In this document: positions 23,011 through 35,067 of the stretch, in pieces
How positions within the stretch are numbered: position 1 is the first letter of the stretch
Layout of the letters: each line of letters begins with the position of its first letter
Source of the DNA: Octopus bimaculoides
Taxonomy: Eukaryota
DNA: 64,000 bases
Assembly: GCF_001194135.2 (NCBI RefSeq)
Contig: NC_068986.1
Coordinates: 20,206,192 to 20,270,191 of the forward strand
Direction of reading: 5' to 3'
The notes under the pieces: generated by a model
Databases searched by the model: none
Told to the model about the DNA's origin: nothing
Seen by the model: the letters and a program-made list of their open reading frames with translations, nothing else
Made by a program: the position numbers and the translations under genes

Positions 23011-24456
23011 ATTTCTTGCTTTTTTTTTTTTTGTATGTTTACGTTTATCATATCCGCTTACGTTGCCGACACCACTAGCTTGAGTGCTATTATCGAAAAG
23101 TATCGAGATTGTAATGATATTTTGTCGACAATTGATGAAGAGCTGAGCATGTTTGCGCTATTGTGTGGAGCTTTTTTCCTGATTTTCGGTATGTTCTTTT
23201 GTCGCCCCCGTGTCATATGTTTAAGTTTTTCTAGTTTCCCCAGAAAAGCACTCTGGGGAGCATTTTTACAACCTCAGTGAAACAGAATTTTTTTAGCTTT
23301 ACATAAAAGCGTTCACTTTATTTCTTTTGTTCGTCCCAGGTCGCTTTATATATCTGTCCCTTGTGGCCCGACAACAATTTATAATGCAATAGAATGAGAA
23401 CTTCACATTAACAACACCGGCCGAGGAGACAAACAGCTGTCAAAACATCCTGATGTCCCAGGAGAATACTCTTAGGTAAATAATATACATATTTTCCTTA
23501 TATGGTATACTTGAAATTCACTAGTTCGTTTTATTTCAGTCTTATAGGCATTAGTTATTACCCCAAGTCACTTAATTAATTGTGAAACATTCTCATTAAA
23601 TAAATGCTTCATTTATATGAATTAAAATATGCCATATATAATCCATGTGTGTTTAATGCCACATAAAATATCTCCAGAATATTTCAAGCGTTCTAAATCA
23701 ATATATTTTTGTGCGAGGATGGCGCGGGGGGGGGGGGCGTTTCCGCTACCTCACAAAGTCAGGAGCTTCGAAGTAATATATGAGCGAGTTCTCTCTGTTT
23801 CTTTTCTTCGTTACTCATTTTCCATTGTTGTACATTTTCAACTGTTTCCTTTACAAGCTCTATGCGAAATTCACTCTTTCCATTTTTTTCTTCATACAGA
23901 CATCGATCATACTGCCGAGTAATTTAATTTGTCGTCCAATACTCTGAGTTGATATATACCATGTTAATTTGAATTAAGATGTACTACGTATAGTCTATGT
24001 TTGTCTAGTTTCCACGAACAGCATTATACCTCATTTAAAGCATTCCCACTTAATATATTTCCCTGCGCAGTACTCTGGAGGTACTTTCATTGCCATACTA
24101 TGGAATTTTTGTAAGAGATCACTTCGTTCTCTTTATTCACCGTAAGTTGCTTTAGATACTTAAACCACGTACCCAAAAAATGCAGCAGAGCGAGAACCTA
24201 TTTTTGTCAACACGGGCTCAAGAGACGAACAGCTACCGAAACGTTATGATTTTCCGTGAGAATATATATCCATATTTTCTTTGAATTATATAAAAACTCA
24301 CTCTTACTGTTATTTTATTCGATAAGCTTCATTAGATAAAGCTTAAAGAATACAACCTTCGTTGAAACATTGTACCCTGTAGCATGATATAAACACGCAC
24401 CAACACATATACACTTACGAACACGGATTCATTTACACACGCGCACACGCACGCAC

Positions 24457-24536
<80 letters not shown>

Positions 24537-25571
24537 GAAAATCTAGAAAATGAAGATGTAGCATTAATATAATTTATGAACTGCAAAAATCCAACATATT
24601 CTCTTACAGCTGTTTCAGTTTTGCTTAAATATTAAATTACAATAATTAAATCATTGTATTAAGCAAAATCTCATCAGAGAGGTAGCAAAGATATACAGTT
24701 AGGTTATCAGGTGTTGTGTTTTCAAATCATCTCAGCAGGCTATATATTCATGTGTGTGTATAAACACTTTATTTGTATGTCGATATCTGTGTGTATGTGT
24801 TGAAATGCAAAGGAAGCATGCATATCATTTAGTCACATGATTTTCTTTGAGACTAGAAAAAGAGATCGATGTGACTAGTTCTATCGTTCATTAAAACCTC
24901 ATTTAAGTTTACTTTAATCCTTTTTTTAGAAGAGCGACAGGTAAAGGGGCATAACAAGGACAAATTCTTTTCTCCTCTAGGCACAAGGCCTGAAATTTTG
25001 GAGGAGGAGGAGGCCAGTCGATCAGATCGACCCCAGTACGCAACTGGTACTTAATTTATCGACCCCCGAAAGGATGAAAGGCAAAGTCGACTTCAGCGGA
25101 ATTTGAACTCAAAACATAAAGACAGACGAAATGCCGCTAAGCATTTCGCCCGGCGTGCTAACGTTTCTGCTCACTGAACAAATTACAAAAGCGGTGAAGG
25201 CGGATCCACAGCCCCACAAGTAATAAATATACGAAAAATAATTGCAAAGGTAAAGAACAAAAGGAAAAATTATGGGAAATGCATTCCAATGAGTAAATGA
25301 TTTTGAAAGAAGTAAGGGTAAACTTGACACCAATCTGGAAACTCAAAGACCCCAACTACCTCTACTATCAAGGGCAGGTTCTCTTCTACCAAATGTGTTG
25401 ACCGGTGTATAGACACTTGCCTGGTGTGGGTCCATTGATGCGAGCCATACTAGCCACTCTCGTCCACCTCTCAAGAAATAAACTGAAGAGCAGCAACTCC
25501 CTCTCTGCCTAAATTTCTCTTCAAGCAGTTTACCTCAAATTGATGAAAGATTGGCCGAAGAGGAAAATGCA

Positions 25572-25797
25572 TGCAGTCTACGAGAGTATCCGTAGTCAAC
25601 ACTGTGAAATGACCCCGATCTTGTTTAGTAATAGTGTGAGAATTTAGGGTTAGGGTTTAGGGTTAAGGTTAGGGTTAGGACTTAGAATTAGTACTGGTGT
25701 CTTGGGTTATGGTTAGAGTTAGGGTTTAGGTTTAAGGTTAGCGTTTTGGATTAGGGTTAGACTGCACGCTAAAAAGTAAACGACCCCGTAGACCGCA
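25572..25797. mobile_element. MITE-like element carrying a degenerate (TTAGGG)n array
   Basis: Array at 25644-25760. Short imperfect TIR tgcagtctacg (25572-25582) / cgtagaccgca (25787-25797). Confidence 0.5.
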
Positions 25798-26373
25798 CGG
25801 TAAAGTAACATCGGAAAATATCTACATTCAGTTTCTTTCAGTTTCGTTCACCAAACTATCTACCATCACTTTAAACATTTGAGGAAAACTTCCTGTTTTT
25901 CCTGGCCAAAGAAAGCTGTGGGGGAGATCTAAAATGATAATTTCTTCCTGAGGCACAAGGCCAGACAGTTAGGGGATGGGTATAGTCAATTATATTGACC
26001 TCAGTACTTGAATGATACTTTATTTTATTGATCTCGAAAGATCGATAAAAAGCAAAGTTGACCTTGACTGGATTCGATCTTTCTTCCTGTGTTTAATGAT
26101 ATACTATAAACGAGTAAGTTGTTGTTTATTTATTTCAAAGAGTGTGTTAAATATTTAGAAATATCATAGGAACTGGGTATTTTTTATTGTTATATTTGGG
26201 GACGGTCATTTTGCCAATAGACACACGCACTATTTATTTGATCTTCTCTTTAGCTTTACTGTTATTATTCGTTTATCCGTCAAAGTTCTTTCGTCACACA
26301 TTCTGCAACCTCGTGTCTCTTCTCTTTGGTCTTGTCCTGTCTATTCCATTTTGTCTTCCTGTATTTTGGGGGC

Positions 26374-26418
<45 letters not shown>

Positions 26419-26991
26419 CATCATTATTATTTAATTATGTATATGTTACACACTGAATTGAAATTGAAATTTTATAAGTTCATTTCCGTTTATGAAAAAT
26501 GAAAAATTAAAGTAGTAATAACCTGAAACGTCTCACGCAGGCATTTTTGAATGGCCGGAAGATAAACATGTAAGGGAACAAGAGACAGCAAAAAATTGCC
26601 AGATGATATATCAAATAAAATAAATAAAATATGGTGAGGACAGGAATTAGTTTCAAAGACATATTGGACAGTGCAAGTTTTACCAAAAAAAAAAATAAAT
26701 AAAATATAATAATAATGTAAAATACTGTCTGTGATCTCAAATTTTAAAGCAAACACATAATTTTCTTATGGTTTCTTAAACATTCACTTGAACAAAACTG
26801 TACAAATCCAAATATATGGTACCCTAGGCATAACACCTACATGAACTTCTAACTTGTTGTCTCTTGAGGTCTCTGGGTGAGACTTGGATTCAACTTGTAC
26901 AAATGCAAAACAAAAGTCAAACATAATAATAATAATAAAACACGCAAAAAAAGTTTTTAAATGTTATAACAAGACATAAAACAGAGTGAAC

Positions 26992-27290
26992 AAATTTCGG
27001 TAATTTTTCAGATTAACACACGAACGATCTTCACTAGGGTGTTAGGGTTAGGGTTTTAGGGTTAGTTTTAGGGTTAGGGTTAGGGTTACGGTTAGGGACG
27101 GGATTCCCTAACCCAAACCCTAAAACCCTAACCCTAAAACCCTAACTCTAAACCCTAACCCTAAACCTAAAACTAGCCCTAAAACTAGCCCTAAAACTAA
27201 CCCTAAAACCCTAACCCTGACCTTAAAACCCCAACCCTAACACCTTAGTGAAGACCGTGCGGGTGTTAATTTGAAAAATTACTCAATTTT
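26992..27290. repeat. Palindromic foldback element: unique inverted repeats enclosing inverted (TTAGGG)n/(CCCTAA)n arrays
   Basis: 27001-27047 matches the reverse complement of 27235-27281 at 42/47, ungapped. G-rich array 27042-27098, 6-nt spacer cgggat, C-rich array 27105-27240. Confidence 0.9.
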
Positions 27291-27707
27291 CTATCCATGG
27301 GTGTCTGTGTATGTAATGTGAAAAGCAACAGATTGAGATCAATTAAACACACGCGTATGTAATATATAGAAATGAAAATATACCACTGAAGAGGTGAATG
27401 TAAATACGCATATTATCTATATGGTCTATAAATGTTATTGACTAAGAAAGTCATTAATTGTGTGTGTGTGTGTGTGTGTGTTTGTCTAAGTTAAATTATC
27501 GATCTGTAACTGTTATGTCTCGGTTGAATATTCAGATTTATCATTGAATGAATATTGGTAAACAAATATACATATTTCGTTTCTGTTATCTGGTTTACAC
27601 ATATATATATATATATATATATATANNNNNNNNNNNNNNNNNNNNNNNNNNNNNNNNNNNNNNNNNNNNNNNNNNNNNNNNNGAGAGAGAGAGAGAGAGA
27701 GAGAGAG

Positions 27708-28214
27708 TACCGGATGAATTATCCGGCAAGCTTGGAACCGGAAGTGTCTCGGATTTCTGGATTTTCCGGTTTCCTGAAGAGAGCTTAAATACATACTTAA
27801 AATATAAAATAAACTACGAAAAGTAAAGAACTAAATTGTATTTAACAGATTCAAATTAATACTTCTAAAGCACGGTCTCTTTTACTTTTACGAATCCACT
27901 AAAAATTCTTAGAATATATCATACAGTACCACGCATACGGTATTATTTCTAGAAGATGAAAAGTAAATGAAGAAAAATAAAGAACATGCTTTTATTTAAC
28001 AGATTCATTGAGCAAATTAACACAATACTGAAGCAGAGTATGTTCAATCTTTATCAATCCACTTTAAAACAGTAAAGAATAAAACTATTTTAAACACACC
28101 GTTTGCAAATTAACCAACTTCAAAAATAGGGTTTGTTCACTCAATACAGGTTACTGTACATTGGAAAGTAGTTCCCGGATTTCTGGAAGCCGGATAAAGA
28201 ATCCGGCATATGTA
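27708..28214. mobile_element. Pogo/Tigger-like MITE
   Basis: Terminal inverted motifs ccggatgaattatccgg / ccggataaagaatccggcatatgta, with an AT-rich interior and repeated ccgga sub-terminal motifs. Confidence 0.55.
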
Positions 28215-28241
28215 AATATATATACGCACACACACACACAC

Positions 28242-28278
<37 letters not shown>

Positions 28279-28619
28279 GTAAATGGAGTAAAACGCATAT
28301 GTTAACTGAATACTTTTACTCCATTTACTAAATTTTTATATTTACTCAAGTACCCAAAATAACAAGGAGTTTCTACCTCATAAACAGGAGTTACACCACA
28401 GTCATTTTGTGATCTTTGCTACCCTGGTATCTATTAACCAATTTATTTTGTCCGAGTTAATTATTAACTAAGAGAAAATAAATACATATAATAAATATAT
28501 ATACATTATGTGTGTGTATTATATATATAAATATATATTATGTGCTTACGAGAATATCAAAGTTAAGTATTTTCCATGAGAAAACCCAACGGTAAATGTT
28601 TGTTGTTCGGTAATGTTCG

Positions 28620-29243
28620 TGTAAGTTCGGTGCGATATCACGAGTGTAGCGGAAGTAAGCGGTAAGCACCGAAGTTAGTCGTCAGCCCTCGCTCTCACAC
28701 TGAGACTTTATCTTGAACAGTCGGCGGGGCGGTGTTGTTTGTGGAGTGTCAGTCGTCGCTGTCTCTGTTTCTCTGTTTCTCTCTCGCTCGCGTTCTCTCT
28801 CTGTCTCTTCTGGAGATTGAACCCAACTCAAGACGAGCACAAAAAATCTGAGATACATCATTGCAAAAAATATATATTCTAGCTATATATATTATATGTT
28901 TATATATAATTAAGAGGAGAGAAGCTATAGCTGGTGGTGTTACGTTGGCTACTTAATTCCTGTCGGCGCCTGTCGTTTTTTTTCTGTCACCAACTTTCAT
29001 ATTCTCTCACATATACACTCACTCACACACACACACGTAAACACTCACACTCACACACACACACTCACACTCTCGCATAGCATTCTTTTAATGAAGTAAA
29101 AGAGGAGACATCATTAAAAGTTGTAAAAAGCATTACGCGTAGTAGTGTTTGGTGGTGTCGGTCGTTACCCGCCTTGGGAATATCTTCATTTTATTTCTCT
29201 CACTCTGTCTTGATAACTTAATACCACCTAACGTGTTTCGAAC
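28620..29243 (+). promoter_or_regulatory. Putative alpha-actinin promoter/TSS and 5'UTR
   Basis: Non-repetitive CpG-rich stretch directly upstream of the start codon. ETS-like CGGAAGT at 28650-28656. Initiator-like TTAGTC (28675) and TCAGTC (28749). The TSS position is inferred. Confidence 0.55.
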
Positions 29244-29342
29244 ATGTCCGATGGCCAGTATAGCGATGGATACATGGAAGAGGAGGAGGAATGGGACCGA
29301 GAAGGTTTACTCGATCCCGCCTGGGAGAAACAGCAGAAAAAG
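29244..29342 (+). CDS. Actn: Alpha-actinin, first coding exon (33 aa, phase-0 donor)
   Basis: [33 protein letters not shown] matches the conserved alpha-actinin N-terminus ([23 protein letters not shown]/RK). In-frame TAA 15 nt upstream, A at -3, donor AAG|GTCAGT at the intron position conserved just before TFTAWCN. Confidence 0.96.
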
Positions 29343-29395
29343 GTCAGTTTCATTTCACTGAAAATTTTCTCTTCTCTCCTTCCGCTCTCATTCCT

Positions 29396-29455
<60 letters not shown>

Positions 29456-31235
29456 GCACATACATATTGCTTATATATACATACACACATTGCTTGCACA
29501 TCACACAAAAGTAGAATAGAACATACATGCATATCTATATATACGCATATTCAACTGACAAATATACATACATACATACATAATACATATACATACTTAC
29601 ACACACACATGCATATTACTTACATATACATACACACATAGCTTACACATCACACACATGCATATCTATATATATACGCATATTCAACTGACAAATATAC
29701 AAACATACATACACGTGCGCGCGCGTACGCTAGCCTCCCGAATCTCTACCATTGTGTACTATAAAACAATCTACCTAACCTTTAACCTTGACTCTTGAGC
29801 ACATCAAATAAATTCACAGTTAGCACTCACACATACAACTATCTTGTATTATTCAGTAACCCGTATATATATATAAAAGTATATACGCACTAACGTTTAT
29901 TATAAACTCCCTCGCAAAACTTGCATTTTTTTTTTATTTACACCCTTCAGATTGTCCCCATCTACAATATTCCTCCCTATCACTGTCGACGATGATCATT
30001 AATCCAGACCGGTATGCTAGGGGTTTCCTGTTTATCCCATCATCTTGGCACAAGTCCAATGTTTGTATGGGAGAAACTACAAACGATTGAATTAAGGGAG
30101 AAAAAAAAAGAAAAAAAAACAAGCAGTATAATGTCACTTGTATGTTTATTTATCGACCTTTCTCCCAAAGAGAGGAAAGGTTTGGGTTACCAGGTTAATA
30201 TTTTGAACTTGGAGGCCCGAGATGGTCGATCCGTTTACAGATTTTAGCAATCGCCATAAATCGCCGATCAGAAAAACCACATCCAGTCAGCAGGTGTCTT
30301 CCTTACTTCACCCTTCGATGTACACCTTGTACCCGATACACCCCTAATTGCTAAAACTGCGCGACCAGAAACCAGCACACTTCTTTCTTGTCCCCTTTGT
30401 ATCATGACCAAAACTAACCCCCCAGATCCCGTTTGTACTAAGCCACCTTCAAGAAATACTCGAGGCTAGCTCCTTAATTTAATTAGCATCATTTCCCTTT
30501 TGTTAATTTAACACACACGCACAACACAAAAATCCATTTCAAATATTTTCACAGACGAGCGGTCCCTTTAATTCTTTTTTTTTTCCTTTTTCTCACTTTG
30601 ATATTTTCATTTCTTTCTTGTTTGTGTTTAATAAAAATCTTTCTTTCCCTCACGAAACTACATAACTTTCGCCAGATCTATCATTTTATTTTTATTTCCC
30701 AATATTTATAATATCAATAAATATTTACCANNNNNNNNNNNNNNNNNNNNNNNNNNNNNNNNNNNNNNNNNNNNNNNNNNNNNNNNNNNNNNNNNNNNNN
30801 NNNNNNNNNNNNNNNNNNNNNNNNNNNNNNNNNNNNNNNNNNNNNNNNNNNNNNNNNNNNNNNNNNNNNNNNNNNNNNNNNNNNNNNNNNNNNNNNNNNN
30901 NNNNNNNNNNNNNNNNNNNNNNNNNNNNNNNNNNNNNNNNNNNNNNNNNNNNNNNNNNNNNNNNNNNNNNNNNNNNNNNNNNNNNNNNNNNNNNNNNNNN
31001 NNNNNNNNNNNNNNNNNNNNNNNNNNNNNNNNNNNNNNNNNNNNNNNNNNNNNNNNNNNNNNNNNNNNNNNNNNNNNNNNNNNNNNNNNNNNNNNNNNNN
31101 NNNNNNNNNNNNNNNNNNNNNNNNNNNNNNNNNNNNNNNNNNNNNNNNNNNNNNNNNNNNNNNNNNNNNNNNNNNNNNNNNNNNNNNNNNNNNNNNNNNN
31201 NNNNNNNNNNNNNNNNNNNNNNNNNNNNNNNNNNN

Positions 31236-31277
<42 letters not shown>

Positions 31278-31910
31278 GTTTATATACATACATGCTGTAC
31301 AAGTCGCTTATTGCTATTTAAAAACGCTTTCCCTTCCGAATGATCACAATATGCGGCTTACTATATATACGTATAGATAGATAGATTGATTGGTAGAACG
31401 TATGTGCGTGTTAGCATACGTATGTGTCTGTATGGACGTGAACATATATATGTGTGTGTGTCTAGATTTGAAATAATCTTGGTCTTATAGTTTAGTTGCC
31501 TGTTGTGTGTCACACGGCTCCACTGCTATATTGATCAATCACAAAAGTGACGAATTTCGTGGAGGGGGAAAATTTGACTCATCCCGAAGCCCTTAACACT
31601 TTTTAGACGGTACAACTTTTAAGAATGTCTGTCATCTGCCCCTCCACCTTTTTTCTTTCTTTCTTTCTTGTGCGCATTCCTTCCTCATCTGATGAATTAC
31701 TGTCATTGTATAGTTACTTGTATGGTTGTTCCAAGTCATTGGAAAACTGAGCCATCACCTACTTTCCCATTCTTTACAAATCTGGTTGCACTATCTATTC
31801 TTCTGTGATTCTGTGACAAGATTCTTTTGAAGCTGTCCCTATTTTATGAATAAATCAGCGTCATGCATACATACTCATACACATATGCACTTATACATAC
31901 ACACACATGC

Positions 31911-31941
<31 letters not shown>

Positions 31942-32675
31942 CATAACATTCATGTACACATACATTTATAGATATACATTGTCTCTCAGATATACACTAA
32001 CACACACACACATATATATACATACATACACACAGATACGCACACACACACACACACACACATATGTGCGTGTGTATCCTTCCTTCCTTCCAATACTGTC
32101 TTTTACAATCTCTCCTTCCCTTGTAACGCGTTCATCACCAACAAAAGCATCATCTTCATTCTCAATCGATTTTATTTTGATTCTTCATCATGTTTTCCCC
32201 TGTTTTCTCTCGTTCCCTCTTAATAAATTAACCTACTTTCCTTTATTAAAGTTATATATTTTGAAGAATATTCGTGCAAATATTTTTCTACCTTTGCGAA
32301 TCGAAGAAATAAAGTAACAAGTACATACATTTTGAGATGTGACAGAAAGCTAACTTCAACGTGATTAAACCTTTATATATATATATATATATATANNNNN
32401 NNNNNNNNNNNNNNNNNNNNNNNNNNNNNNNNNNNNNNNNNNNNNNNNNNNNNNNNNNNNNNNNNNNNNNNNNNNNNNNNNNNNNNNNNNNNNNNNNNNN
32501 NNNNNNNNNNNNNNNNNNNNNNNNNNNNNNNNNNNNNNNNNNNNNNNNNNNNNNNNTTTAGTGCCTTATAATTTAACACACTCACCGGTAATATATATAT
32601 ATATATATATATATACTGTTATGTCAGGAGAGAGTCATTCTCTTTTAGTGCCTTATAATTTAACACACTCACCGG

Positions 32676-32709
<34 letters not shown>

Positions 32710-33992
32710 CATGTAATATACACACACACACACATGCGTGTGAATGTATACATATAGTGTGTATATAGAGTGAAGGAAAGGCGTGTGTGTAAGGCTCTCT
32801 CATTCAACGGAAACTAGTACCATCATATTTTATATCTTGCTATGATGGCTCTACAGCCACTCACCAACCCACTTTTTTTTATATATTACTATCTGTCGGC
32901 TCAAAGCACCGTTGGTTGTCGCCGCCAGTAATAAACGCCATTTAAATATTAAATGCTACTAAATTATCTGGCTTGTTGCTTTCATCGTGTTTATTTTCCG
33001 CCAAAATTTTAAATTGCCATAGCTATATATATATATATATATATATATGAAATGGTGGTGGTGCAGTCGGGTGTATATACGCTGCACTTATAACTTACAT
33101 TCCAAGACTAGTGACTAATGAATTTAAATCAATGTCATCGTGTTTCAGCAACTGGATCGAGTTTAAAATAAGTTTTATCTCTCTCTATCTTCGCGACTAT
33201 CTTTCTCTCTACGGGAAAGAAAGAAAGAAAATCATATATAAAAAAAATAAAGAATAACATAACACACGTGGATCTATATAAGGCTTTTTAGTAGATTTAA
33301 GCATGGTCTATGTATTATTAATATTATTATTATTATCAATATTATGAATAATTAAGTTATGCTTAATGACGATCGTTATGTATTTGAATGCCCCACCCTA
33401 TTAATCTGTCACGATTATTCGGTATTCACAAACTGCTTCCAGTTTTATCCTACTTTCTTCCTATCTGTCACCTTTTGCTGTCTTTCACACCTGTAATACT
33501 TACTCTGTGTGTTCGACTTTGCCTTTCATCCTTTCGGGGTCAATAAATTAAGTACCAGTTGCGTACTGGATCGATCTAATCGACTGCCCCCCTCCCCCAA
33601 AATTTCGGGCCTTGTGCCTAGAGTAGAAAAGAATATCACTTTGTGTGTATGTATGTATGTATGTGTGTGTGAGTGCGGTGTTTACTTCCTCCGTATAATA
33701 TATACACTCACGCACATTTTACGAATTCCTTGCACATGCATTCATGTTGTATCGACATGATCTCGACTAGAGTTGCGCCCGTTTTTCTATGTCGGCATGG
33801 TTGTTGGTCAAAGATCAACCACACACACGCACGCCCTATGTATGTATATGTGCGTATACACACGCGCGCGCACATAGTTTAAAGCACTGAAAGTCGATTC
33901 CTTCTCTTCTGAGTGCTTAATATTCGCAGATTAGCGATTGTGTATGTGTGTATAAAAACACACCCACCCTAGTGTATAAATGAGAATATCTA

Positions 33993-34027
<35 letters not shown>

Positions 34028-34142
34028 GCACACACTCGTGTATGAGTATATAAACTCATACACACACACACACACACACACACACATTAACCGTATGTCT
34101 GTCGGCATGCATGCTCGTTTTGTTCTCTCTCTTTTTAACCAG

Positions 34143-34206
34143 GTGTGTTATATTCTAAAAACCACAAACTGTTCGGCATACGGCATGCCCAAAAATGGCA
34201 ACGGTG
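34143..34206 (+). other. Candidate alternative exon (MPKNGNG-phase 1 or MATV-phase 0)
   Basis: Acceptor tcgttttgttctctctctttttaaccAG (34141-34142), ATGs at 34185 and 34195, donor GTG|gtgagg. Lies in unique CpG-rich sequence. Confidence 0.3.
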
Positions 34207-34978
34207 GTGAGGTGCCGAAAGTAGTTATTTCTTTATTGAAATGCTTTTCTTCTACCCACCAACTATCCACCGTCAACCTTATGAAAATGATGATACTGTT
34301 GCTTGTTTGGTTGCAGCTACTACTGACTCATATCTTGAATATCTGATGAACAGCTCGTCATAGCCTTTCCTCACACACTTCCTCTCGCCTCTCCCTTCTC
34401 GTACTACTACTACTACTACTACATCAAATTCTTCACTTTATTGTGCATTTCTAATGTTAGATGTACCCCTTTTGCAAATTTCCTAGCTGCATAATCTCAT
34501 GCATTACTGCTACAGACAGCCAGACTCCATTCTAGCATGCACATATGTGTATTCGTGTGTTAAACAGAAGCAGCATTGCATATGTGTTATGCATCTACTT
34601 GTTCTCAAAGGAGTATATAGCCGTGCTCAGAGAAAACATTTGTGGATGTGTGAAGTGAGACAGATTCACGCCAAATTCTATTTTATCATGGAGACAAGAA
34701 TTATTACTTGTGTGAGCTAGTTTCGTCTTAGATATTTTAGAAGGAATGAATGAATGAAGTTATAAACTAGAATCAGTGAATGGGTTCTTTACACTAGACA
34801 TGAAAATTTACTCCATTTGGGGGTCTGTCTGAATAGTAGGGATTCGGAAAGGTTTATATATATTTATATAATTATTTTCCATTTGTCTCCCTCTGTTATT
34901 GTGAATTTATATCTTGTTATGGAGTTTTTGTTGATCTGCAGTAATAAGCAGTTACATTTTAGGAAATAAGAATATTTT

Positions 34979-34980
<2 letters not shown>

Positions 34981-35066
<86 letters not shown>
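34981..35066. repeat. (CA)n microsatellite
   Basis: About 43 units. Similar CA/TA/GA tracts occur throughout, e.g. 24460-24534 and 46095-46155. Confidence 0.95.

Positions 35067-35067
<1 letters not shown>

Noticed and set aside
25330-25570. Possible LINE RT C-terminal relic (LTPIWK...)
   Set aside because: Too degenerate to support a family call.
27042-27240. True ancestral telomere-telomere chromosome fusion site
   Set aside because: The arrays are short and flanked by mirror-image unique sequence, which a simple fusion of two different chromosome ends would not produce.
29343-29519. Extension of the alpha-actinin ORF (VSFISLK...THTHTH)
   Set aside because: Read-through into the intron and its (CA)n tract after a canonical donor.
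29484-29712. ~130-bp local duplication at the start of intron 1
   Set aside because: Low-complexity CA/TA-rich slippage duplication with no evident function.
32557-32705. Direct repeat tttagtgccttataatttaacacactcaccggtaa(ta)n next to a gap
   Set aside because: Gap-adjacent and bounded by (TA)n; could be an assembly artefact or a small minisatellite. Not CRISPR-like: no unique spacers, eukaryotic context.
34038-34346. 102-aa ORF, and a 40-aa ORF MLFFYPP...NSSS in another frame
   Set aside because: The first starts in a microsatellite and neither shows recognisable homology. Only the splice-bounded part is kept as a candidate exon.
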